DNA from: Deferribacterales bacterium
GTDB taxonomy: Bacteria; Chrysiogenota; Deferribacteres; Deferribacterales; Geovibrionaceae
Assembly (NCBI GenBank): GCA_050251945.1
Contig: JBFWLW010000001.1
Span: forward strand, 448,001-512,000
Length of the DNA: 64,000 bases
Direction: 5' to 3'
Shown: positions 29,353 to 39,304 of the stretch, piece after piece
How positions within the stretch are numbered: the stretch's first letter is position 1
Layout: the number at the start of each line of letters is the position of its first letter
The notes under the pieces: generated by a model
Seen by the model: only the letters and a program-made list of their open reading frames with translations
What the model was told of the DNA's origin: nothing
The model's database searches: none
Position numbers and translations under genes: made by a program

Positions 29353-31437
29353 CTATTTTGTTTTCATGGTATATGTTCCGTCCCATTCTGCCGACGGCGC
29401 ATCTTCGATGTATTCTCTGCACCGCTCGGTGAAAACGGATGATGTAGGATCGCCTGCAGTCTCAAGCTCTGTAAAGACAGCAAGAGCGCCCTCAAAGTTC
29501 CTTGCGAAATACATATCCAGCCCCTGATGAAATTTTTCCGCCAATTCAATATTTTCGGGGGTATTTTCCATCACCTCGTATATTTCGACAGGTTCCTTTT
29601 TGCCTTTCACACGCACCTTGTCCAGCTTGCGCGACAGATACTGCTGTTTGCAGTGGGCAAGGGTATATTCACTGACCACTATACGCGTTTTATAAGCCTT
29701 GCAGAGCCCTTCCAGCCTTGAAGCAAGGTTAACGCTGTCACCTATTGCAGTGTATTCAAAACGCACGGTAGAACCCATGTTCCCGCATACGGCGGGACCT
29801 GAATTCACACCTACGCCCACGTCTATGTTCGGAAGTCCGGTTTCCGTAAATCGTCCGTTAATCTCATGCAGTGTACGGATAAGCTCCAGTGCCGTCTTGA
29901 CAGCCATATCCGCATGGTCGGGCAGATCCAGCGGAGTGTTGAACAGCGCCATCATGGCATCGCCTATGTATTTATCCAGCATCCCCTTGTTGCGGAGGAC
30001 AACTTTGGTCATAGGGTCGTGTATCTTGTTCAGCATGGATGTCAGCTCCGATGCCGTAAGTTTTTCGGAAAGAGTTGTGAAACCTCTGATGTCGGAGAAC
30101 ATTATAGTGATAAAACGTTCCTCGCCGCCCAGTTTCAGTTTGTCCGGATTTTTCTGTATCTCCTCAACAAGTTCCGGTGAAACATACGAAGCGAATGCCT
30201 TTTTAACCTCTTTTGCTTTTCGTTCCACAGTGAAAAAGGCAAAGGATTCCAGCGTCATAATCATAAGCGCGGAAGGCGCCATAGTATAAAATTCATGCTG
30301 CCAGTGGTTGCCGAAAATGAACATCGCGTACGATGCCGCAAGTGTTGCCGCAAACGAACCTATATAAAGCATAATCCTGTAATGCTGTTTGCGCAGATAA
30401 CTTATCATGAAGATAACAAGCATCAGAACAACGACGGAAGAATAGTCGTAAACATGAGAAGTGTTCAGAAATTCGTTATTGAGCAGGTTGCTCAGTGCCA
30501 CATAGTGAAGGGAAACCCCGGGGGTAACGGCGTCTGTGGGGGTTGGACGCATATCGTAGATACCCACTTCGGTGACACCGACAATGACCATCTTGTCCTT
30601 GAAAAATGAGGGCGGTACCTCGCCGTTTATAACTTTATAAGCTGAAACATACTGCACGTCGTCATAATAGTTCAGCCGGAAGTATGAATCGTCTTTGATA
30701 TTAACCTTATCTATCTTAAAGCTTTTAACACCCTTCTCGTTCAGGACAAGGTCAGCGTCTTTGTTCAGTCCGTAACGCATCATCTGAACTGCAAGTGGCG
30801 GAAAAATGTAACCTTTGTGGATGTATGCCAGCGGATAGTTCCTGTAAAGTCCGTCCACATCCGGTTCCGTGCTGAAAGACGCGCATGTGAGACCGGATTC
30901 GGCAACTATGGGGATATTCACCTCGGCATATGGAAACTCTTTGATACCGACTGACTTTCCCTGAACGTCGTAATTAAGGTAGGCGCAGTTTTCAAGATAG
31001 TCTATCGCCTGCTCCGTGGTCTCCTCTGTCGCCTCTCCTCTGAAAAAGAAACCCAGAATAACGTTTCCGCTGTTCGCTATGGAATCAGCCAGTGCCTCGT
31101 CGCTCTTTTCATCGGAGTGTTCGGAGAAAACGATATCAAGCCCCACGATCGAAGCCTGACTGAGATTTGAGAACATCTTTGCTATAACGTCCCGCGGCCA
31201 TACCCATCGTCCGAGAATATTGACGCTGGGTTCATCCACCGTAACGATAACAAGTCTTTTATCGGGCTTCGGCGCCATGCCCAGCCCGCTTCGGACAGCG
31301 AATTTCAGATCCTCTATACCGAGAGAAAATTTTTCTATGAAAACGGGTTTGTGATAAACCCCTGTACATCCGATTAGAATGAATAGGATAAGAATTATGA
31401 GCCTGTAATTTTTAAGAAGCTTTTTCAGAAAAGGCAT
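29353..31437 (-). CDS. CHASE2-domain adenylate/guanylate cyclase
   Basis: GRWVWPR, GLDIVFSE, DVDG CHASE2; FSDIRGFT, DKYIGDA, YTAIGDSVNLASRLE. Confidence 0.92.
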   Translation of the reverse strand: MPFLKKLLKNYRLIILILFILIGCTGVYHKPVFIEKFSLGIEDLKFAVRSGLGMAPKPDKRLVIVTVDEPSVNILGRWVWPRDVIAKMFSNLSQASIVGLDIVFSEHSDEKSDEALADSIANSGNVILGFFFRGEATEETTEQAIDYLENCAYLNYDVQGKSVGIKEFPYAEVNIPIVAESGLTCASFSTEPDVDGLYRNYPLAYIHKGYIFPPLAVQMMRYGLNKDADLVLNEKGVKSFKIDKVNIKDDSYFRLNYYDDVQYVSAYKVINGEVPPSFFKDKMVIVGVTEVGIYDMRPTPTDAVTPGVSLHYVALSNLLNNEFLNTSHVYDYSSVVVLMLVIFMISYLRKQHYRIMLYIGSFAATLAASYAMFIFGNHWQHEFYTMAPSALMIMTLESFAFFTVERKAKEVKKAFASYVSPELVEEIQKNPDKLKLGGEERFITIMFSDIRGFTTLSEKLTASELTSMLNKIHDPMTKVVLRNKGMLDKYIGDAMMALFNTPLDLPDHADMAVKTALELIRTLHEINGRFTETGLPNIDVGVGVNSGPAVCGNMGSTVRFEYTAIGDSVNLASRLEGLCKAYKTRIVVSEYTLAHCKQQYLSRKLDKVRVKGKKEPVEIYEVMENTPENIELAEKFHQGLDMYFARNFEGALAVFTELETAGDPTSSVFTERCREYIEDAPSAEWDGTYTMKTK

Positions 31438-31536
31438 AAGTTTTCCTGTCCGGTTTGTTATGACAATATTTACACAGAAACAGAGCGGGTTCAATTAAAT
31501 TTACGCAAAAAAAAGAGCGGTCAAAAGACCGCCCGT

Positions 31537-32640
31537 TCAATATAACTTTTCAACCTGAATCAGATAATCGTTCAGGCGCACTATCTTATAGTTCGGTTTG
31601 CTGCTTATGGCAGTCGCCAGATACAGCGCTTTTTCCGGATATTTCACGTCAAGCGTGTCCTTTCCGTTATCGTTCACCTCAAGAACCCATGCAGTATAAC
31701 TTAATGTCTGCTTCAGATCCATAAGGTCTTCAATGGTGCTTTTGCCAACAAGCTGAACGCGTATGCTCTTGCTATTGATACCTTTTATCTTTTCAAGAAC
31801 AGTGCTTACCAGCTTTGTGGAAACTTCATTGTTCATGTTGTCCATCATCTGATGTGTGGCATCTTCAAGAGTAGCGCCCATTCCCCTCGCGGAGATGAAA
31901 TCGCTTGCAAGTATCTTTGTGCCGGAACCCTGCTGAACAAGCAGACGGTATGAAAGCCTTCCCGTAACCACGTTGAAAGGGATCGAAACGCCGTAGCCGA
32001 TGTCAGTTCCCTCTTTTGCAGTGGCAACGGTATCCACCTTGCCTATGAGTATTGTGCCGGAAAGGTACTTGGACGCTATGGCACGCATCGCCATATAGTT
32101 GTTCGTGCGCATTGCCTTGTCAAGCTCGGCAACCTTCGTTCCATTGGCGTCTGCAATGTCCACAACCTCAAGCTGGTTCGCGGTTAATTCGCTTATGACA
32201 GTCTCTGTGAGGACGTTCGTCTCCTCGACATGTTTGTCGGGGAAAACAACAGGTATCATGACCGCAACGGATGTGTTCATAGCTAATGCACCCATCGCAT
32301 CTCTCGCTTTTTCGGGAGAAATGACAGCGCTTATCATGATACGGTACATCTGTCCGTCTTCCTCTTCGCCTGTGACCTTATAGCTCTGGACAACGCCTGA
32401 TACTTCGTTTTTGATGGCCTCATCAACAAGAACGGCATTCTGAACTATGGTATCGGATTTAACACGTACGCCGGATGCCTCTTCCAGAGCCGCCCATTTT
32501 GCACGGGCAGTCGCCTGAAGTTTTGCTGAGGATTTGTCGCCGTTTATGATATCCGCTTCGCCCACAGCTGAAACAGTCACTGCCGCAAAAGATGAAACCG
32601 CTAACATAAAAAGTGTCAAACTGAGTAACAATTTTCTCAT
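31537..32640 (-). CDS. secreted protein with FlgT-N-like domain
   Basis: Signal peptide; AVGEA..AKLQA..ALEEASGVRVKS resembles the flagellar assembly T N-terminal domain. Confidence 0.55.
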   Translation of the reverse strand: MRKLLLSLTLFMLAVSSFAAVTVSAVGEADIINGDKSSAKLQATARAKWAALEEASGVRVKSDTIVQNAVLVDEAIKNEVSGVVQSYKVTGEEEDGQMYRIMISAVISPEKARDAMGALAMNTSVAVMIPVVFPDKHVEETNVLTETVISELTANQLEVVDIADANGTKVAELDKAMRTNNYMAMRAIASKYLSGTILIGKVDTVATAKEGTDIGYGVSIPFNVVTGRLSYRLLVQQGSGTKILASDFISARGMGATLEDATHQMMDNMNNEVSTKLVSTVLEKIKGINSKSIRVQLVGKSTIEDLMDLKQTLSYTAWVLEVNDNGKDTLDVKYPEKALYLATAISSKPNYKIVRLNDYLIQVEKLY

Positions 32641-32729
32641 ACTGCGCTCCGAGTGTATTTCTTATTAGTTTATAAGAAAATACGGTCTTTACAAGGTACA
32701 AATAACAAACTGGCGGGATCCCACGCCCT

Positions 32730-32871
32730 CAGACTGATGACAAAGTCAGAAAAATGCGAGATCGCGTCGTCGCATGTGCTCCTCGCGAAGATGTAAATTG
32801 CTGTCATTGCGAGGAAGCTGTAGGCTGACGCGGCAATCTCATTAACTTTTAACAAGTTTGTCAACAACCTG
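32730..32871. mobile_element. 142-bp MITE, second copy (inverted), carrying REP doublet copy D
   Basis: Ends CAGACTGATGACAAA / TTTGTCAACAACCTG; about 7 mismatches to 20816-20957 by eye; flanked by a 17/20 duplicated hairpin (32710-32729 vs 32872-32891). Confidence 0.85.
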
Positions 32872-32900
32872 CGGGCGGGATACCCCGCCCTATATATCAC

Positions 32901-34106
32901 TTAAAAAAGTTTTTTGAACATGCTCTGTCCTTCGAGCTTTTTCCTCTGGATTATGCTTCCGACCTTTATTCTGGCAGTAACTTCCGGCTTGCCTTCAATG
33001 GCAACCCAGCTCTGTCCCGGCTGAACCTGTTCAGATACAGTAATTTCAGCGGGAATAGTTGTCATTGTGCATGAGGTTGCGTTCGTCATGGGATCGGTTA
33101 TCTCCATAAAATCGAAAGCCTCAAGTTTCTGACCGGGCTGCATGCCTTTTTCGGAACCGATGTTTATAAGAGCGACCGCTTTGTTGCCTCTGAGCTGCTG
33201 AATATAACCTTTCTGGGCAAACTTTTCAGAGAAAACGGGTTTTATATCGTCAACTGCTTCGCCCATCGCTTTTTTAGCGGCTGTAAGAGCGAGTTCAGGG
33301 TTAAAGTTGCTGGAACCGCCAGCCACTTCGCGTCCTGTAACTTTTTCCGAAACAATCACTTCGCCTGTTTCGACATCAAGAAGCTGAACGGTCATTTCAA
33401 TTGTTATATTCCATCCCGCCTGAGTGTTCGCCAGTGCGGTTCCGATTGTCAGCGCAGCGCCAAGTCCGCCGCCAACGTTATTATTGTTGTCAATTTTCTC
33501 AACATATCTTGCGTCAATATTATCAACCGAACCGGAGATAAGATATTGAACTCCTGCCAGCTTGCCAAGTTTTGAGGCTGTGGAAGGATCGCCGACTGTC
33601 ATCTGGAATTTCTGTTCTGCCATGATCTTGTCCAGTTTCTTGCGGTCATACATCTGCGTTCCGCCGACCTTGCTGATGGTGTTCTCAACAGCAGATCTGG
33701 CATATTCGCCGACTTTTGAAGATATCTGACGCTGAAAGCTGTCTATCTGCGTGTTAACCTTGATATCCGTCCTGTTTGCGCCGACATAACCCACGCCGAC
33801 AGCACCGGGACCGCCCACTATTCCGGCAGCACCGGCAGAAACTGATTTTCTGGTTCCTTTAGTGTTAACACTTGTGTTTGTTGCGGTCATATCGCCGAAT
33901 GTCGTGTTGTTATCGAATTCAACGACTGCAACTCTGGGAAACTCGATCTTGTAAGATGCTCTGCAAGCATTTGGAATTGCAATTCTCTCCGCATCTGCGG
34001 GAGTGATCTGGTATGCCATCGGATCGACTTTAGGTCCTCCTCCGGTACAGGCCGAGAGCGCAATTAACCCGGCAACAAGAACTGTTGGTTTAAAAAAACG
34101 ATTCAT
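32901..34106 (-). CDS. CsgG/HfaB-family lipoprotein
   Basis: LSAC lipobox, RVAVVEFDN, DRKKLDKIMAEQ, LGKLAGVQYLISG, LLDVETGEV. Confidence 0.8.
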   Translation of the reverse strand: MNRFFKPTVLVAGLIALSACTGGGPKVDPMAYQITPADAERIAIPNACRASYKIEFPRVAVVEFDNNTTFGDMTATNTSVNTKGTRKSVSAGAAGIVGGPGAVGVGYVGANRTDIKVNTQIDSFQRQISSKVGEYARSAVENTISKVGGTQMYDRKKLDKIMAEQKFQMTVGDPSTASKLGKLAGVQYLISGSVDNIDARYVEKIDNNNNVGGGLGAALTIGTALANTQAGWNITIEMTVQLLDVETGEVIVSEKVTGREVAGGSSNFNPELALTAAKKAMGEAVDDIKPVFSEKFAQKGYIQQLRGNKAVALINIGSEKGMQPGQKLEAFDFMEITDPMTNATSCTMTTIPAEITVSEQVQPGQSWVAIEGKPEVTARIKVGSIIQRKKLEGQSMFKKLF

Positions 34107-34168
34107 AACTTCCTCCAAGCACGTTGTATTATTATATACCACGAAATGCCACCAGTATGAAATAAAAG

Positions 34169-34798
34169 TTACTTAAGCCCCAATTCTTTCATAACCGTCT
34201 GGAGGTCTTCCCAGCAGGGCTTTTTCATGTTTGGATTGCGTAAAAGGTAGGCAGGATGGTATGTGGGCATCACTTTGATACCGTTAAGATCTACAAATGA
34301 TCCGCGAAGTTTTGTGATTCCGATATTGGTTCGCAACAGATTCTGTGCCGCAACACTGCCGAGGCAAATAATTATTTTGGGTTTGATATATTCTATCTGT
34401 CTGTAAAGGTACGGGATGCAAGTCATGGACTCATTTTCAAAAGGATTTCTGTTCTCCGGCGGTCTGCATTTCACGATATTGGCGATATAGACTTTTTCGC
34501 GGTTAAGTCCCATTGCCTCTATCATCTTGGTGAGAAGCTGACCTGCTTTTCCAACAAAAGGAATACCCTGCTCATCCTCGTCCGCCCCGGGTCCTTCACC
34601 GACAAACATAAGCTCCGCTTTTGTGTTTCCGACACCGAAAACAACGTTCTTTCTGGTGGAATGAAGCGGACATTTCGTACAGGACATGGTCTCCTGACGG
34701 AGCATCTCGAAAGGATCGTTCACAGTTTCGCACCCTTCGGCTATCATTTCTGATATACCGTATACGTCTTTTATTAAGTTATTCTCAAACAGAGCCAT
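34169..34798 (-). CDS. family 4 (Fe-S) uracil-DNA glycosylase
   Basis: [32 protein letters not shown]. Confidence 0.92.
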   Translation of the reverse strand: MALFENNLIKDVYGISEMIAEGCETVNDPFEMLRQETMSCTKCPLHSTRKNVVFGVGNTKAELMFVGEGPGADEDEQGIPFVGKAGQLLTKMIEAMGLNREKVYIANIVKCRPPENRNPFENESMTCIPYLYRQIEYIKPKIIICLGSVAAQNLLRTNIGITKLRGSFVDLNGIKVMPTYHPAYLLRNPNMKKPCWEDLQTVMKELGLK

Positions 34799-35987
34799 TC
34801 TTTTTTCCGTAAAGCTCAGATGCAAACATCAGCAGTTTTTCCGCCGCTGTATCTTTAGTGACCTTTCCGGTGCAGAAAGGTTCTCTGTCACATGAAAAAA
34901 TCACAATCTCATTGCTGTCCGCCTCAAAACCGATATCTTTTCTGGAGATATCGTTGGCGGCTACCATATCGAGTTTTTTCTCAGCAAGTTTTTTACGGGC
35001 GTTGGCTTCCAGATTGTCGGATTCAGCCGCAAACCCCACAAAAATCTGACCGTCTTTTTTCAACGGAGCAATCTCTTTGAGTATATCGGGATTTTTGACA
35101 AGACGAATTGTCATTTCAGCATTGTCTGTCTTCTTTATCTTCGTATCTGAATATTCCGCCGCGCGGAAATCCGCAACAGCCGCCGCCATAACAAGTATGT
35201 CGGCATCTGCAACAGCCTGCTTGACGGCATTAAGCATTTCAAGTGCAGACAGCACATTAACGGTATCAAAACCGTCCACTGCAACGCTCGTAAGCCCTGC
35301 GATAAGTTTTACATCCGCACCGAGCCTTTGTGCCTGTCTGGCAACGGCAAGCCCCATTTTTCCGCTGGAGCGGTTGGTAATGAACCGCACAGGGTCGATG
35401 GCTTCCGCCGTGGCACCTGCGGTGACAAGCACCTTAAGTCCTGCCAGCGGCTTTTCCTGACTGAAAACATATTCAAATATCTCTTCCGGTTCCGCCATGC
35501 GCCCTTTGCCCTCTGTACGGCACGCCATCTCTCCCGTATTGGGGTCTATCAGATCGTGTCCCAGAGAAGCAAGCAAAGCCAGATTCTTCTGCGTGGCAGG
35601 GTTTGCATACATATCCACATTCATGGACGGCGCAATGTGTATGGGCTTTTTATATGGAAGCACAGTGGATGTGAGGAGATCGTCCGCCATTCCGTGGGCG
35701 ATTTTCGCAATGATGTTCGCTGTGGCGGGGGCGATGATGAATTCATCCGCCCAGCCTGCGAGCCAGACATGTTCTATTATCCCCGGCTCAATTCCAGCCT
35801 CGAACTCACCTGTATAGACACGGTTTCCCGTGATAGCCTGAAATGTCAGAGGAGTGACAAAGCGGCAAGCGGTCCCGGTCATGATAACTTTGACCTCATG
35901 CCCCGCTTTCACCATCAGGCGGCAGAGATGAACAGATTTGTAACAGGCTATCCCGCCTGTTACACCGAGAAGTATCTTCTTAGTCAT
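34785..35987 (-). CDS. coaBC: phosphopantothenoylcysteine decarboxylase/ligase
   Basis: GVTGGIACYK, APATAN, PSMN, TAGAT.E.IDPVRFITNRSSGKMG, GFAAE. Confidence 0.95.
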   Translation of the reverse strand: MTKKILLGVTGGIACYKSVHLCRLMVKAGHEVKVIMTGTACRFVTPLTFQAITGNRVYTGEFEAGIEPGIIEHVWLAGWADEFIIAPATANIIAKIAHGMADDLLTSTVLPYKKPIHIAPSMNVDMYANPATQKNLALLASLGHDLIDPNTGEMACRTEGKGRMAEPEEIFEYVFSQEKPLAGLKVLVTAGATAEAIDPVRFITNRSSGKMGLAVARQAQRLGADVKLIAGLTSVAVDGFDTVNVLSALEMLNAVKQAVADADILVMAAAVADFRAAEYSDTKIKKTDNAEMTIRLVKNPDILKEIAPLKKDGQIFVGFAAESDNLEANARKKLAEKKLDMVAANDISRKDIGFEADSNEIVIFSCDREPFCTGKVTKDTAAEKLLMFASELYGKKNGSV

Positions 35988-36192
35988 CCAGCTGTTCAAA
36001 ATCTATTTTACCTGTAATGATCTCATTGAGAGCATTTGTGGTATTTTTGCTGTAGTCGTCAGATCTTCTGCTGAGAGTGTCCTCTTTGGGGCTGTTCAGC
36101 TCGCGAGAGCGAAGTCCGGCAACGTGAACCAGCTTAAAGCGGCTCTTCAGATTGGGCTTGGAAATGATTTTTTCGATGTCAAGTAAAGGCAA
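35980..36192 (-). CDS. rpoZ: RNA polymerase omega subunit
   Basis: SRFKLVHVA..R.REL, ALNEI..GKI; gmk-rpoZ-coaBC synteny; TTG start. Confidence 0.85.
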   Translation of the reverse strand: MPLLDIEKIISKPNLKSRFKLVHVAGLRSRELNSPKEDTLSRRSDDYSKNTTNALNEIITGKIDFEQLDD

Positions 36193-36206
36193 TTTATTTT
36201 CCTCCG

Positions 36207-36818
36207 TTAATTCAGGTCCATTACATCTTCTATTTTGTCAACGTCACCGGCACGCAAATGCTCGGCGATATACACTGCTTCCAAATCGTTGTACGCTCTG
36301 TTTATCTCTTTATTGACTATAAGATAGTCGTATTCATGAATATGCTGTATCTCTTCGCGGGCATTTGAGAGGCGGATATTCATTATCTCTTCGCTCTCTG
36401 TTCTGCGGTTGATGAGTCTCGTGCGCAGGTCGCTCATACTGGGAGCGGTAATAAAAACGTATATGCCGTAATCCAGCGTGTTCTTAAGCTGTCTGGCGCC
36501 TTTCGGGTCGATGTCAAGAAGCACGTCCCTGCCTGATGCGAGTATCTCTTCAACTTTCGTGCGGCTGGTTCCGTAATAATTGTCGTGTACTTTTGCCCAC
36601 TCCAGAAACTCACCGCGTTCTATCATCGCCTCGAACTCTTCAACAGAGATGAAGAAATAGTCTTCCGTATCGGTTTCATCGTGTCTGGGCTTGCGCGTGG
36701 TGTAGGAAACAGAGTAGCCAACCGTTTCAAAATTGCCGAGCAGGCGGCTGCAAAGTGTCGTTTTTCCCGCGCCGCTGGGAGCGCTCACCACAAAAAGCTT
36801 TCCTTTACGCTTACTCAT
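36207..36818 (-). CDS. gmk: guanylate kinase
   Basis: SAPSGAGKTT, SYTTRKPR, FLEWA.VH.NYYGT. Confidence 0.96.
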   Translation of the reverse strand: MSKRKGKLFVVSAPSGAGKTTLCSRLLGNFETVGYSVSYTTRKPRHDETDTEDYFFISVEEFEAMIERGEFLEWAKVHDNYYGTSRTKVEEILASGRDVLLDIDPKGARQLKNTLDYGIYVFITAPSMSDLRTRLINRRTESEEIMNIRLSNAREEIQHIHEYDYLIVNKEINRAYNDLEAVYIAEHLRAGDVDKIEDVMDLN

Positions 36819-37684
36819 ACCAGATTCTGCACCTGTTCGCGGATTTTTTCAATCTCGCTTTTTGCCTGAACAACATTATTAATGATAGCGGTCTTTCCGC
36901 TCTTTGAACCGATGGTGTTGAATTCGCGGTTAAGCTCCTGACACATGAAATCGAGCTTCTTACCGCTCTCCTTCTCAGTGTCGATGATGGTTCTGAACTG
37001 CTCAACGTGGGAAGAAATACGGGTTATCTCTTCGGAGATATCAGCTTTTTCCGCCATAACAGCGGCTTCCTGAACTATTTTATCTTCCGCATCCACGCCG
37101 AAATCAGCCATACGCTTTTCAAATTTCTCCCGCCAGTATTCATAGACCCCTTCGCGGTTAATGTCTATGTCGGCGGCTATGGCTGTCAGGATATCAAGGC
37201 GGGATTTTATGTCATCGGCAAGGTTTCTGCCCTCAAGCAGTCTCATGCCGTCCATCTCTGCCGCGCAAGTTTTTATACACCCGATAACGAAGTCCGAAAG
37301 CCTTTGTCCGAGGTCGTCGGTCTCTTCCGTCTCTAAAATATCGTTAAAATTGAGAAGGTGTTCAAGGCTTATTTTTCCGTGAACTCCGAATCGTTCTTTA
37401 AGCTCCGTAAGGACGTTCATATAACTTTCAACCGCATCCTGACGCAGAACCGGCTTATACTGTTGTTTTTTCAGTTTAAGGTCGATGTTGACATCCACCT
37501 TTCCGCGAACCAGGACGTCTTTCAGAACGTTCTTCAGGGTTATCTCCATGAAGTTGAAAAGTCTGGGCATCCTGACATTGCAGTCAAAATATCTGCTGTT
37601 GACAGATTTCATCTCCACTTTTAAATCGCAGAGTTCGTTACCTGTCATTATTTTACCGTAGCCGGTCATGCTTTTGGCGGTCAT
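36815..37684 (-). CDS. yicC: YicC/YloC-family endoribonuclease
   Basis: SMTGYG, KSVNSRY, RGKV, QELNREFNTIGSKS, IREQVQN. Confidence 0.92.
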   Translation of the reverse strand: MTAKSMTGYGKIMTGNELCDLKVEMKSVNSRYFDCNVRMPRLFNFMEITLKNVLKDVLVRGKVDVNIDLKLKKQQYKPVLRQDAVESYMNVLTELKERFGVHGKISLEHLLNFNDILETEETDDLGQRLSDFVIGCIKTCAAEMDGMRLLEGRNLADDIKSRLDILTAIAADIDINREGVYEYWREKFEKRMADFGVDAEDKIVQEAAVMAEKADISEEITRISSHVEQFRTIIDTEKESGKKLDFMCQELNREFNTIGSKSGKTAIINNVVQAKSEIEKIREQVQNLV

Positions 37685-37765
37685 ATTCAACCTTGTAAGA
37701 AAATGATTTGCCTTTAAAGGCTTTTTGAGTTTAGAATAATAAACAAATTGTACTTGGAGGTCAAT

Positions 37766-38506
37766 ATGTTTCAGCTTCCTTTAGTGCTTCTGGTGCTGAT
37801 TGTGATACTTGCTATCAATTCAGTCAAGATTCTCAGGGAGTACGAGCGCGGAGTAATCTTCCGTCTGGGGCGCTATACAGGCGTCAGGGGACCCGGTCTC
37901 ATCATACTGGTACCCATTCTGGAAAAAATGGTGAAGGTGAACCTGCGTACATTCGTTATGGATGTCCCTCCGCAGGATGTCATCACAAAGGACAACGTTT
38001 CTGTTAAGGTGAACGCGGTGGTCTATTTCCGCGTTATGGAACCGAACAAGGCTGTTCTTGAGGTTGAGGACTTCTATTACGCCACAAGCCAGCTTGCGCA
38101 GACGACGCTGAGGAGTATTCTCGGTCAGTTCGAGCTTGACGAAATGCTTTCCAACAGAGAGAAGATCAACCACGACCTTCAGGACGTTCTGGACAGCCAG
38201 ACAGACCCTTGGGGCGTTAAGATTTCCGCTGTTGAGATGAAGCACGTTGACCTGCCCAGCGAAATGCAGAGAGCTATGGCAAAACAGGCCGAGGCGGAAA
38301 GAGAAAGAAGAGCAAAGATTATCAACGCCGACGGCGAAATGCAGTCCGCACAGAAACTGCACGAGGCGAGCGAAATCATGGCTCAAAACCCTCTTACAAT
38401 TCAGATACGCTACCTGCAAACACTGAACCAGATAGCAAACGACAAAACAAACACCATCGTGTTCCCTATGTCGCTTGATAACATCACGAATCTGTTTAAG
38501 AAGTAA
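37766..38506 (+). CDS. SPFH/stomatin (slipin) family protein
   Basis: [39 protein letters not shown]. Confidence 0.92.
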   Translation: MFQLPLVLLVLIVILAINSVKILREYERGVIFRLGRYTGVRGPGLIILVPILEKMVKVNLRTFVMDVPPQDVITKDNVSVKVNAVVYFRVMEPNKAVLEVEDFYYATSQLAQTTLRSILGQFELDEMLSNREKINHDLQDVLDSQTDPWGVKISAVEMKHVDLPSEMQRAMAKQAEAERERRAKIINADGEMQSAQKLHEASEIMAQNPLTIQIRYLQTLNQIANDKTNTIVFPMSLDNITNLFKK

Positions 38507-38515
38507 ATTTTCTAT

Positions 38516-38540
38516 GGGGCGGCTTCAGTCGCCCCTTCTT
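38516..38540 (+). terminator. intrinsic terminator
   Basis: GGGGCGGC-TTCA-GTCGCCCC-TTCTT. Confidence 0.7.
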
Positions 38541-38552
38541 AAAGGATAATTA

Positions 38553-39188
38553 ATGCTAATATTTATATTATTTTATTTATTATTTTTGTTCATAATTCTT
38601 TTTTTAATTTATAAAATGTATTTCAATAAGACAAAAAATAAATCACTGATATTTAAACTTGAACTGGCAACTTTAGTATTGTCTTTTTTTGGCGCAATAC
38701 CATTAATTATAAACTTTAACCAAATGATCGATACAGTAAAAAGAAATAAATTAATAGCTGAATCTTACAGCAATATCCATTATGCTAATGTCATTTACGA
38801 TTCCATCAAAAACGTTAGTTGTATAAAATTCACAAAATCAGAATACAGTCCTGAGAATTTCGATGAAATACAGAATCAATACAACAATATATGCAAATGG
38901 AGTAAAATAAACAAGCTCCCAAAAGTTGAATCAAACTCATATATTTCAAAAGATATTTTAATTTCTATGCCAAAAATTACTGATGAGTCACTCAAAGAAT
39001 TCACAGATGATTTCATTTTAGCTTCTAAAGCTTATAATCAAACTCTAGATAAAATTAAAATGCATGATAAAGAAAATTCTAGCAGTGATTTGTTAAACAT
39101 CTTTTTGATTCCTTTCTACCCAATACTATTAGCACTTGCTCTTATGTTGCAATTAATAAAAATTACATACGACTATGTCACAAACTAA
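38553..39188 (+). CDS. very AT-rich hypothetical membrane protein
   Basis: 211-aa ORF with 3 hydrophobic segments; composition far more AT-rich than its neighbours. Confidence 0.6.
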   Translation: MLIFILFYLLFLFIILFLIYKMYFNKTKNKSLIFKLELATLVLSFFGAIPLIINFNQMIDTVKRNKLIAESYSNIHYANVIYDSIKNVSCIKFTKSEYSPENFDEIQNQYNNICKWSKINKLPKVESNSYISKDILISMPKITDESLKEFTDDFILASKAYNQTLDKIKMHDKENSSSDLLNIFLIPFYPILLALALMLQLIKITYDYVTN

Positions 39189-39304
39189 GATATCATATAT
39201 ATTTTTATTTATTCAAAATCTCATATTTTAACAAATTTCTAACCAATCCCTTTTACCGATAGCGACAACAAAAACAACAAGCTCGTCTCATACTACCTGA
39301 TACA

